This document shows positions 53,486 through 64,000 of a stretch of 64,000 nucleotides of DNA, in pieces. The DNA comes from Cenococcum geophilum. Its lineage: Eukaryota. Every line of letters begins with the position of its first letter. Position 1 is the stretch's first letter. The position numbers were made by a program, and so were the translations under genes. Under the pieces are notes generated by a model, which was not told the DNA's origin, made no database searches, and worked only from the letters and a program-made list of their open reading frames with translations. The stretch is from contig CP158635.1 of NCBI GenBank assembly GCA_050273025.1, forward strand, positions 23,250,001 to 23,314,000. The letters run 5' to 3'.

Positions 53486-54369
53486 TATTTTTAGCTCTAG
53501 TAGTAGGGAGGTAATCCATATTGACTTTAAGCTTATTCTATAGTTAAAGCTTCCAATTATTAAATATAGGATTAGTTCTATTAGTAAGCAATAGGGGTTC
53601 TATAACCTTCGCGGACCGTAATAATACTAATACTATATGCTAGACCAGAGCCCTAAGGACTATAGCAAGTCCTTAGGTGTCTAATAACTCCTCACTAGGT
53701 ATAGGGGGTTCTCTAGCTTTAAGCAGTTCTTAAAGTCATTTAATTTCGGTATTAGCTGCTATAAGCTCCACCTAGGAGTTTAAGTTAGTTACTATTTTAC
53801 CATCGGAGGTATTTAAGGGTCCTACAGCTACTTTACCGGCTGCTATATTTCTTAGCATAGTAGTATAATTATTAGGGCAACCTTTAATAGGATTCTATAG
53901 GGGTTTTGGTCTATATATTTTTTATAAATCTTATTATTCTTTTCTATTCTTCTAGTTCTGTTTTATTCTTTAAGTTTTAGTAATAGTCTTTTAGGTCTAC
54001 TTCTATATTCTATTCTTATTTATAGTCCGTAAATATTTTTAAGTTCCTTTTTAGGAAGAAGAGTAGATAAGCTTTAGATAATATTAGCGACTTAGTTAAT
54101 TAAGGTATAAGCACGGCAAAAGGGTCGCGTAAGCCTATATAATTAGATTGTCTATAAACGAGGATCTAAAGCTAAAGAAAGGAAAGGAGATAAAGGGCGG
54201 CGCCGCTTAACGTTATATACAATCCTCTAGTTACGTAACGGAAATTGTCTAAAACTATCTAAAACTATCTGCGACTGTCTATAACTGTTTACTATAATCT
54301 ACCGATATCTATTAGCCATAATCTACTAGTTTCTACCAATATCTATTAGTTTCCACTAGCGCCGTAACA
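53486..54369 (-). mobile_element. Displaced 5' end of gypsy element A: 5' LTR (54082-54369) and gag N-terminus
   Basis: LTR is the reverse complement of 24218-24485 plus extra short repeats. Outer flank AAAGG is the reverse complement of CCTTT. The gag piece stops close to where the 19382-20880 piece starts. Confidence 0.85.
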
Positions 54370-55254
54370 AAAGGCTTAGAAAAAACTAGTTTAAGCAATT
54401 AGGGTAACTAATCCTATCTAGTTAAGGGGTTAATATACTCCTATATATCTCCTATTTAGGCTTAAAGCCTAATAAGGTTAATCTATTTATCCTAATTAGC
54501 CCAGCTTAAATATACGGGACGTTGGTCCCCTAACGTAAATTTTAACCTAAGTTTATAAGTAATAAGCCAATTAATTAACCCAAAGCTTTAACTTAGAGCT
54601 TTATTATATAGACTTTAATTAATATATATAGAGATGAGGTTTTCTAGGGGGAGACCCCCTAGGACCCCCTTATATAGAGCCCTCTACGTAGGATCTAATA
54701 CAGTAGATTATAATTTTAATTTAAAGCTTTATATATTAAATATTTCTAATACCTAATAACTAAATCGCCGTATGGCTAGAATTAAAGTAAGTCTACTACC
54801 CCAACTCGATTAAATACGCGCGTAAGAAGAGATATAACTATATACTAGAACCCCTTCCCCCAACGGGCGGAGGCGGTGCGGCTATAGTAGCGACGTTTAA
54901 TATAATTAATTAACCACAGTTCGGACGTACGACGACGCAATAGCTCAGCGTTAAGTAATAGGAGGGAGAGGAGGAGGGAGTGGCTTAGCCACTGCAAGAA
55001 GGTCGTAATATTGGTGTAGTATTAAACTTTAAAAATCGTGTCCCGGGAGCTTAATTGACGACCCCTATATAAAACGTTAATAATGTTTAATTATAGAGCT
55101 TTAAACCGGTAGATCTTCTAGGAATACCTATTATAAGCAGCTCTAAGTACAAAATCTAGAATATTTAGTAGTGGTATAAGTATAGGATAGGGTACGTATT
55201 TGCGTTCCCAAATGTTATTACGTGACGCAATTTTTGGGTAATGAAAACTAGCCG

Positions 55255-55735
55255 TTAATATTGCTTAACTAACACCTACTAGAGGTTCCTCCGTTCTTTC
55301 TATCTTTTCTCTTGCCCGTCTCCTTGTCTAATACTATCTATATTACCACGTTAACTAATAAACTCCTTAGTGGGGACTAAGGAGGAGTATTAGAGCACCT
55401 CTAGCTCTTATAAGGAAGAAGAAAAGAAGAGAGAAAGGTATAGAGGGAGTATTTATAAACGGGAGGAGGCCTATAAGTATAGGAGATTAAATAGCTATAA
55501 TATAGCTATTAATATTACTTAACTAACACCTATTAAAGGCTCCTCCGTCCTTTCTATCTTCTCTCTTACCTATTTCCTTATCTGATACTATTTATATCGC
55601 TACGTTAACTAATATATCCCTTAGTGGGGACTAAAGAGGAGTATTAGAGCACCACTAGCTCTTATAAGGAAGAAGAAAAAAGAGAGGAAGGTATAAAGGA
55701 GGGAGTATTTATAGATGGGAGGAGGCCCTGCGAGT
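55255..55735. repeat. Direct duplication of ~225 bp (55255-55480 and 55510-55735)
   Basis: Colinear match from taatattgcttaactaacacc to gggaggaggcc. Identity unknown. Confidence 0.8.
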
Positions 55736-56463
55736 ATATAATTTGGTAAGTATTAATAACATAAAATTCTCGTATAAGATAGGCTTAATTACTTACTAAA
55801 ATATAGGGTATCTCTGTTACTATAGTGGTTACTATAGTAGTAGAGACGCCTTAAATATTTAATATAACTAACTACTAAGGCTATTAATAAGTAGAAGGTA
55901 GGCTACTAATGTAGTGCAAACGATATAGTTGTTAATATTATTTATAGCCTATTTTTACTTCTAGTGTACGCGTAGATTATTTTTATATTTGGCGTAGAGC
56001 TAGTTATAGGTAGTAAGTTAGTTTAGGTCTAGCTTTGCTATTAATATAGTTATAGGTAGTATGTTCCTTAGTATAGGCCAACTTAGTAGTTTTAGCTTTA
56101 GAAGATCGTCTTTCTTCTTAAATGGGTTGATATACTGCTATACCTTTTTAGTTTTAGCTATGTTTTAAATAATAAAGAACTATTAAATCTAATCGGATGG
56201 CTTATTAAGGATAAGGTTAATTTTTAATTTAGTAGAGGTTGTTATTTTTAAAATTTAATAGGTTAAAAAGGGTCTAAATTAGGGTCTAGCTAGCGTCTTA
56301 GTAGAACCTTATTTAGACGTTCCAAACTTTTAATTTAATTTATTAGTTCATTTATTAGTTAGGTACGTTTATTAACTAGGGTTAATTATCCGTTTATTTA
56401 ATAGGTAAAGAAGCTTAAGACACTATAAAGGTAGTAGAAGTAATGACTTTTTAAATAAGGTAG

Positions 56464-59400
56464 TGTTAGCGACTCAGTCAATCAAGGCATAAGCACGGTA
56501 AGAGGGACGCGTAAGCCTGTACAATTGGATTGTCTATAAACGAGAATCTAAAGCTAAAGAAAAGGAAAGGAAAGGATAAGCAGTAACGCGAGGAGTTATA
56601 TACAATCCCTAGTCACGTAAAAGTTACGTAAGCCCTACGTCTACCATAACGTCTACTATAGCTGCCGCTTTCTGCCAGTGCCGTAACATTACCCCCCCCT
56701 CCGCAAAAGCCTGCCCTTAGGCTTTGTATGTCTGTACTATGCCCATAGGGCGTTCTTATCTTTATGCTCTTCCGGTAGCTTATTATCTTTATTATACTAG
56801 CATTTCATCCATTTGTCTAGGTACTTTGGCGGTCCCGGTTTATTAGGGTAACGGCTATAGAAATTTTAAAGCTTATGGGGACTGCCGATAAAGTTCTATA
56901 TAGGGTACTAGGTAGGATCTAGGTTATAGCCTTTCCAACTAACGCGGTACTTTAGCGTTTTCCTTACTAGCTTATAGGCTAGTATCTCTTTAATTTCCTA
57001 TTCGTTATCGCCACTAACTTAAATTAGTAGGGGGGGTTTGTTCTTTTATCTAGGTAATAGGTTATTTATAGCCTTCTATAGCTTATCCGGCGAGAAGATA
57101 AAGTAAACTTTAATTAAGTCTGGGAGCTTAACCTTATATAAGTTGCCTACTTTATTAAGAATCTTATACAGTCCTACCATTTTATAGTCTAGCTTACGGC
57201 TAGGCCGTTCTATCTTCTAGTCTACCCCTAACCCCTTCCTTTATAAAAGAAATCAGCATTATAATAGAAAACCTTATACGGCCCCAGATTAATACCATTT
57301 ATTAGGCTAATACTATACGTAGAGACTAGGCCTTTAAGAAGGATATATAACTTAACCCGCAACGGATCCGTATATTACGCCGCCCTTAAACTACCTATGT
57401 TATGCCACCCGTACCAAAGACCTAGGAAGTTAGTAGTAACCTAGCTAAGTCCCCTATAGAGAACCCTATAAAGCTATAAAGGAAAGCCAGGGATATTAGA
57501 CGCCACACTAAACTAATAGATAGGAAGGATAACTTATAGAAAATAGAACGTAAGCTAAGGAAGACTATAAACTATATACCGCAAACTACGGCCTAACGGA
57601 CGCTAAAAAAACCTACGGACCTCCCACTAGTTAATATCTGCTATATTAGCGCTATAGGATTCTACCAGAACCTAGTTCAGCCTAATACCGTTACCTTTAT
57701 AACTAGCCTATATAAAATTAACTAAATAATTAAGGAAAAAGAAAGTGAGCTTAGCGGATAGAAAAGCGGGCTTATGGATAAAAAACTAGTAGAATAAAAA
57801 CTACCTAATTAACACCGGAAATTTAAGGATATATTCTCTAAGGTAGCGTCTAATATACTTTTACCCCACCGACCATACAACCATAAGATTAAGATTATTA
57901 GAGAGCAAAAGGACAGAAATAAATTGCAAAAGGACAGGGACAGGTGTTAGGATTTCTTATAGTTTTTCCTACCGTTTTCTCATTTCTTAGTAGTTATAGT
58001 AACTTAGTTTACTAAGGAACTATAAACTACTAGGATATAGCTACTAGTATATGTTAAGCTGCCTAGAAAGGATTCATGTATATAGAACTATAGCGCCATA
58101 GCCTAGAGGCTGCATGCGCAGTATTGTACGTAGTATAATACAATCGGATTAAAATAAAAAAAAATAAGATTAAGATTAAGTAAGATAAGGGAAGCACCCT
58201 TAGCTTTAGCCCTCTCTACCTATAGTCTATTGCCAAATTATAGGCTATAAAGTAGTATCTTATCGACAACCTAAATAAGGGCTTTATTGAGCCTAGCTAA
58301 GCCCCTTTTAACTTACTTATTCTCTTTATTATAAAGCTAAATAATATAACCCGCAAGGACCGCTACCCACTGCCTTTACTTAATAAGACTTTTACCTAAA
58401 TAAGTAGAGCTAAGGTTTTTACAAAGCTTAATATCCACCAGGCCTTTTACCAAATTAGAATAAACCCCAGGTCTAAGAATCTTACTACATTTTAGACCTA
58501 TTACGGAATGTATAAATATAAGGTACTTCCTTTTAGACTAACTAACGGACTAGCTACATACTAGCGGTATATAAACAATGTACTCTTTAACTACCTTAAT
58601 AACTTCTATACGGCCTATCTAGACGATATTATAATCTACTTAGAGAACGAACTGGAACATAAGGAGCACGTTTATAAAGTCCTATAACGGCTCCGCGAAG
58701 CTAGCCTCTAGGCCAATATTAAGAAGTTGGAATTTAGTGTTAAGCGTATAAAGTACCTAGGTTTTATTATTAGTATAGACGGAATTAAGGCCAACCTAGA
58801 GAAAACGGCCGCAATTAACTAGTGGACGCCCCTACGGACCGTAAAGGGGGTGTAATTATTTCTAGGTTTCTATAACTTCTACTAACGCTTTATTAAGAAC
58901 TACAGCAAAATCGCCCGGCCTCTTAACCGCCTTACTAAAAAAGACCAGCCCTTCTACTTTGACGCCATATGTATGCAGGCCTTTAATAAGCTTAAAAAAC
59001 GGCTAGTATCGGCCCCCCTACTTACCCACTTTAACCCGGAACGGCCCTTAATGCTAGAAACTAATGCCTTAGACGGCGCGATAGCCGGTGTTTTTTCCTA
59101 AAAGCAACTAGACGGAGAATGGCACCCTATTATATACTATTTAAAAACTATAATAAATACTAAACTAAACTACTATATCCATAATAAAGAAATGCTGGCT
59201 ATTATCTCTAGCTTTTAGCACTAGCGTATATAGCTAAAGGGGACCCCTAAACTTATTAAGGTAGTATTAGATTATAAGGCCCTAGAATACTTTATAATAA
59301 CTAAGGCCCTTATAGCCTAGCAGGCACACTAGGCGGATATCCTATCTCAGTTTAACTTCTTAATTATATATAGACTAGGCGCTACAAACCGTATAAATGC

Positions 59401-62400
59401 TCTTACTAGGCGTAAATAAGACCTAGGTAACTATATGGCTACAAAGATCTTATTATAAACCCAAACGCTAGTATAACCAGAGCACCTTAACCCCCGGGTA
59501 TAGGCAGAACTAAGTATAAACTCCTTAGGCGCCGAGATGTATCCTATTAACCCTTTAGGACTTAACTTAATTAATAAATTGCTGCAGATAAACTATACGG
59601 CCCCTTCTCTACAGGAGTACCGTAAAAAGGCAAAGAACGTTTCTAGCCTATAGTCCCTTAAAAGTGGACTACTTAAGCACCGTAAACGGCTAGTGGTAGT
59701 AAAGGAACAGAACTTACGGACTTAGCTTATTACCGAAGCACATATCTAGGTCTCTACGGCCTACCTTAGAAAAAATAAAACCCGTAGGATTATTAGCGAC
59801 CGCTACTACTAGCCCGGAATAATTATAAATATTAACCGCTATATACGGAACTATAATAACTGCTATAGGTCCACAATTCCACGAGATAAAACCCTAGGAT
59901 TATTAAAACTCCTCCTAATACCTAACCGCCCCTAGTAATATATCTCTATAGACTTTTATAAGCTACCTCTAGACCGTGACGGATATAATATAGTTATAAT
60001 CCTAGTTAACTACTTTGGCAAGCGCCTGTTTTTAATTCCCTATTATAAGAATATCGATGCTAAAGAGGCGGCCTAACTATATATCTACTACATCTACCAA
60101 ATTTACGGACTACTAGATACTATTATATCCAATTACAGGCCGCAGTTTATATTAGCCTTTTAGAATAAGTTTACCTAGATTCTAGGCATTAAGCTAAAGC
60201 TTTCTACGGCATATTACCCCTAGACAGACAGTTAAACAAAGATTGTAAATTAATACTTAGACTAGAGACTCCGGCCTTTTATTAACTACTTCTAGGATAA
60301 CTAGGCCGAACTATTGCCCTTAATAGACTACGCCCAAGTGACCCTACCCCACAACTCTACCGGATTTACCCCTATTTAACTAGAAATAGGTTACCTACCC
60401 CGCATAAGCTTTAACTAGGAAAGACTAGAAGGGCCCTAAACCGTACGCGAAAAACTATCTTATAAGGAAGCCCGGCAGTACGCTAAGCGCTTAAAAGAAG
60501 CCTAAAAAGTAGCCTATATAAACCTAGAAAAGGCCTAGAAATTAATAAAACAGTAGGCAAATAAGTATAGGCGCAAGCCTAACTTTATAGTAGGCGATAT
60601 GGTTTAGGTTATAACAAAGAAGTTTTGGGCTAGATAAGCCGTTTACTCCGTACTTTAAGCTATAAGCCTAAATAGGCTAGCTATTTTCTTCCTAAGATTA
60701 TATTATGGCTTCCTAAGTCCGTAATAAGAAAGGGGATATTATACTACCTTTATCCGTTAACGCGGAGGTGAATCCGCAAGATAGTCTTAATAGGTAGCCC
60801 TATCCGTCCGTTATACCCGCGAATAGGAATTAGTTCAGGTAGTTCTTTAAGGGGTATATTTAAAAAGTTAGCTAGCTTTACGGCACACTAGGTATCTATT
60901 AAGGTAAAGGTATTTACTTCTAAGTTAGCTAAAGCAGAGGTTAAAACTTAATATCTATTATGGAATAAAGTATAAGGGATAGTGCAGCTTCTTCTACTAA
61001 CTAGCCAACTTAGATCAATATGTGATATATCGATCCCTTTTAACCCTAAAGAGGAGTCTTCCTTTAAGGTTCCTCTTTTTCCGGCTCCGTACTGTCCTCC
61101 TAAATTAACAGAACCTTACTTATCTTTACCTTTATTAAGCAGTTCCTTATAGGGTGGCCTATTTAACTACATAAAAAGTAAGCTCCTTAATCGCTAAGGG
61201 CCTATATATAGGGGTCGTTATATATAGGCTGGGTGTATACTAGACCCGCGGTAAGGGTAGCTGCGCGGCTAGCTGCTAGGTTAACTGTAGGAGTTGCCAA
61301 TTGTGCTAGGGCACTACAGGCCGTACTCGTAGTACTTATGGCCTAGTTTGCAAGGTTTCTAGTTTTTAGCTAATTAGCGCGTGCCTTAATTTAATAGAGG
61401 CCTTAGTTAATAGCTAGGTAATAGTCCGTAAGTTTCTTTAACGTCTATACCGTAGTATAAGCTAGTAATATAGCTCGCTATAGGTCTAGGGTAAGCTTAT
61501 TAAAGAGGTCTAGTAGTAGGTCTTCCTAGGGGATCTAGGCCTGTCTGGCCAGGTATAAAAAGCGGGTTTAGAAGGCCAAAAAGGTCTCCGTTATTTTTAT
61601 ATTTAGGCTTTTATAGCTAAGGCAAGCGTTCTATACTTTAAAAGGGTCTTTATAAATAGAAGATAAGTATTTAATTATTTCTTCTTTAGAGATAAAGGGG
61701 TCTGCTAAGTCTTTAGTATATCGCGGGCGTAAATACATCTGGGCGTCTCCGCTAGTACGGCTAAAGATATAGGCCATCTTAGCTCGGGGGGTAGGAAAGT
61801 AGTTAGCATTAACTTTAAGCTTGTCTCATAATTAAAGCTTCTAGTTATTAAATATTAGGTCTATTCCATCCGTAAGTAGCAAAGGATCCGCAACCTTTGC
61901 TGACCGCTTTAATGCTATATAGGCCTCAGTAGATTTACTAAGGCGCTAAAATAGGGCCTGTAGGACTATAGTAAGTCTTTAGTTGTCTAATAATAACTTA
62001 TTATTAGATATAGGGGTATCTCTGGCTTTAAGCAGCTCTCGCAGTCGTTTAATTTTGGCATTAGCAGCCGTAAGCTCCGCCTAGGGGGTTAAAACGTTAA
62101 TTATTTTTTCGTCTAAAGTATTTACAGGTCCTACAGCGGCTTTACCAGCTGCTGTATTTTGTGGCATAGTAGTAGGGGTATTAGGTAATTCCGGGTAATT
62201 TCTTTAGGGGTTTTAGTCTGTGCGTGTCTTATAGGTCCTTTCCTTAGGGTTCTGTTCTTTTCTTTTAGGTCCTGTCCTTGTGGTCCTAGTAATGTCCTTA
62301 GGGTCCTATTCTGTATTCTTATCCTATTTATAGTCTTATAGATATATTTAAGTTCCTTCTTAGGAAGAAAGAGTAGAGCGGGCTTTAGATAATGTTAGCG

Positions 62401-62612
62401 ACTTAGTTAATTAAGGTATAAGCACGGTAAGAGGGACGCGTAAGCCTATATAATTGGATTGTCTATAAACGAGAATCTAAAGCTAAAGAAAAGAAAAGGA
62501 TAAGTAGTAACGCGAGGAGTTATATATAATCCCTAGTCACGTAAGAGTTACGTAAGCCCTGCGTCTACCATAACGTCTACTATAGCTGCCGCTTTCTACC
62601 AGTGCCGTAACA
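56464..62612 (-). mobile_element. Gypsy element B, full length, with internal pol inversion; LTRs 56464-56688 and 62393-62612; TSD GGTAG
   Basis: Matching LTRs; GGTAG at 56459-56463 and 62613-62617; C-run PPT at 56692-56699. gag/protease (62390-60622) and chromodomain (57220-56700) lie on minus, whereas RT-RH-INT (57221-60621; YLDDIIIY ~58615) lies on plus. Confidence 0.93.
57898..58163 (+). mobile_element. 266 bp non-LTR retroposed insertion (5'-truncated LINE 3' end or SINE-like)
   Basis: Absent from element A at ~21230. Flanked by 15 bp duplication ATAAGATTAAGATTA (57883-57897 and 58164-58178) and ends in an A-rich tail. Confidence 0.8.
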
Positions 62613-63159
62613 GGTAGTAGATTAATTGCTTAGCAAGTAGTTGGTTATATTTAACGATCTAGACTTTATATTACTAAAATCCAAAATTTTATTACGGGGA
62701 GCGCGATTAATAACCCCTACTAATAGCTCTAACTATATCTAATTTTTAATTTATAAATCGGCAGATTTATAGGTAATAGTTATTATAAGTAGCTCTAGGT
62801 GCGGTATATATAAAATCTTAACTATAGTATAGAGAAGTTATAGCTGCTAATATGCGGTCCTAAGTAGTATATATTCTTAAAGGTCACGTAACTCCTTATA
62901 TAAGTAATATTTCCGCCCTTTAAAAAAAATTCTAAAAATTAATTAACGCTATAGATAGTAGCAATATTAATCCGGTAATACTGCTAATTCTCCCTATATA
63001 CTATTATATATATATATTTAATAGCTTTAGAAGTAGTAAGAAGGTAGGACGAATAGGGGGGTTAAATTTAGAAAATTAGATTTTGTGGTTAAGCTATTTA
63101 AAAGGTAGAAAACTAAGACGAATGCCGTATTCTCTGCTTACCTTTAAGCTAGTATATAA

Positions 63160-64000
63160 TTTCCTAATTAGGAAAAGTCGTTTATAAGTAGTTGCTACTG
63201 CATCTGTATAAAATCTTCTTATTATACCTTTTTAGTCTTACTTATAGATAACTAAAATTGTTTTATATTAAACCTACATTTAAATATAAGCCCTAAAAGC
63301 TTCTTAACTTATAAGATTGCTATATAGGTTAGCCCAGCTATCTTATTTTTCTTTAACATCTAGAACTATATGGTTAAGTATTAGGCCCTAGCTTTTATAT
63401 ATAGTAAGAGTAAAAGCTAGAGTAATTAGAAATTAACGCCGTAAGCAAGAGCCTCTTATACCCTCCTATTTATAAAGTATAGAAAATATAGGGATAACTT
63501 TCTTACTATTCTGCCGAGTGAATAGAGCAGGTCCGTTATACCTATCTACTATAATTAGTAGTGACTAAGGCTAATTCTTTTTAATATCCGTGTGTCCCTT
63601 CTATATAATATCTTTAACTATACTAATAGTATCGTTTACTAAGCCTAGTTTAACCCAGATATTCTATATTAGTATTACTTTTACGCTAATATATAGGACT
63701 AGACTCTCTATAGTATCGCACTAATTAGAAGTAACTTTCCGTACACCTACACTAGTGTTAACTAACTTAATAGCTACTACTAGCTGTAAAAGGTCGCGAA
63801 GCTAAGTAGTATTATACTTACCTATAGCAGCGTGTATGCTATATAGCCGAATTATATTATTAAAGCCCGTAACCTTATTAATGGATAGGCCCTGCTTATA
63901 CCTAGTTAAAAGAAGCTTTTAGGTCGAATTACTTATAGAATTACTATATAGCTTTATAAGGGTGGTCCTAAATACAGAGCTCTTAGTGTTATTACTGCCC
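63160..64000 (-). pseudogene. RIP-inactivated PIF1-family helicase C-terminal half, probably from a Helitron (continues beyond window)
   Basis: Minus-strand KVILI*NIWVKLGLVNDT.S.V (VML..N...GL.NG..G.V), RR*FLITLAFTLTIYKS*GLILN (RRQFP..LAFA.T.HKSQG.TL) and, after a frameshift, GLTYIAI..VK. Confidence 0.82.

Noticed and set aside
1..64000. Alternative genetic code (TAA/TAG reassigned) explaining stop-rich TE frames
   Set aside because: Stops fall at Gln, Trp and Arg positions alongside missense C>T/G>A changes at catalytic residues (YLDD to YLDN), which is the RIP pattern; ELP2 and URM1 read normally in the standard code.

Overview
Fungal (filamentous ascomycete-type) genomic DNA. About 94% of the window is AT-rich, TpA-saturated DNA consistent with repeat-induced point mutation (RIP): stop-riddled relics of Ty1/copia, Ty3/gypsy (chromovirus), Ngaro-type tyrosine-recombinase retroelement, PIF1/Helitron-like, RecQ-like helicase and short non-LTR insertions. 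A single ~3.7 kb unmutated island (~15540-19280) carries two intact spliced genes head-to-head, with only 184 bp between the start codons: ELP2 (Elongator subunit, minus) and URM1 (ubiquitin-like sulfur carrier, plus). These belong to the two arms (cm5/mcm5 and s2) of the tRNA wobble mcm5s2U34 modification. LTR pairs and target-site duplications let the nesting order be reconstructed. They also reveal a gypsy element whose two LTRs lie 30 kb apart in opposite orientation, and another with a clean internal inversion. All alignments were done by eye; de-RIPed protein motifs are my reconstructions, and novelty could not be checked against databases.
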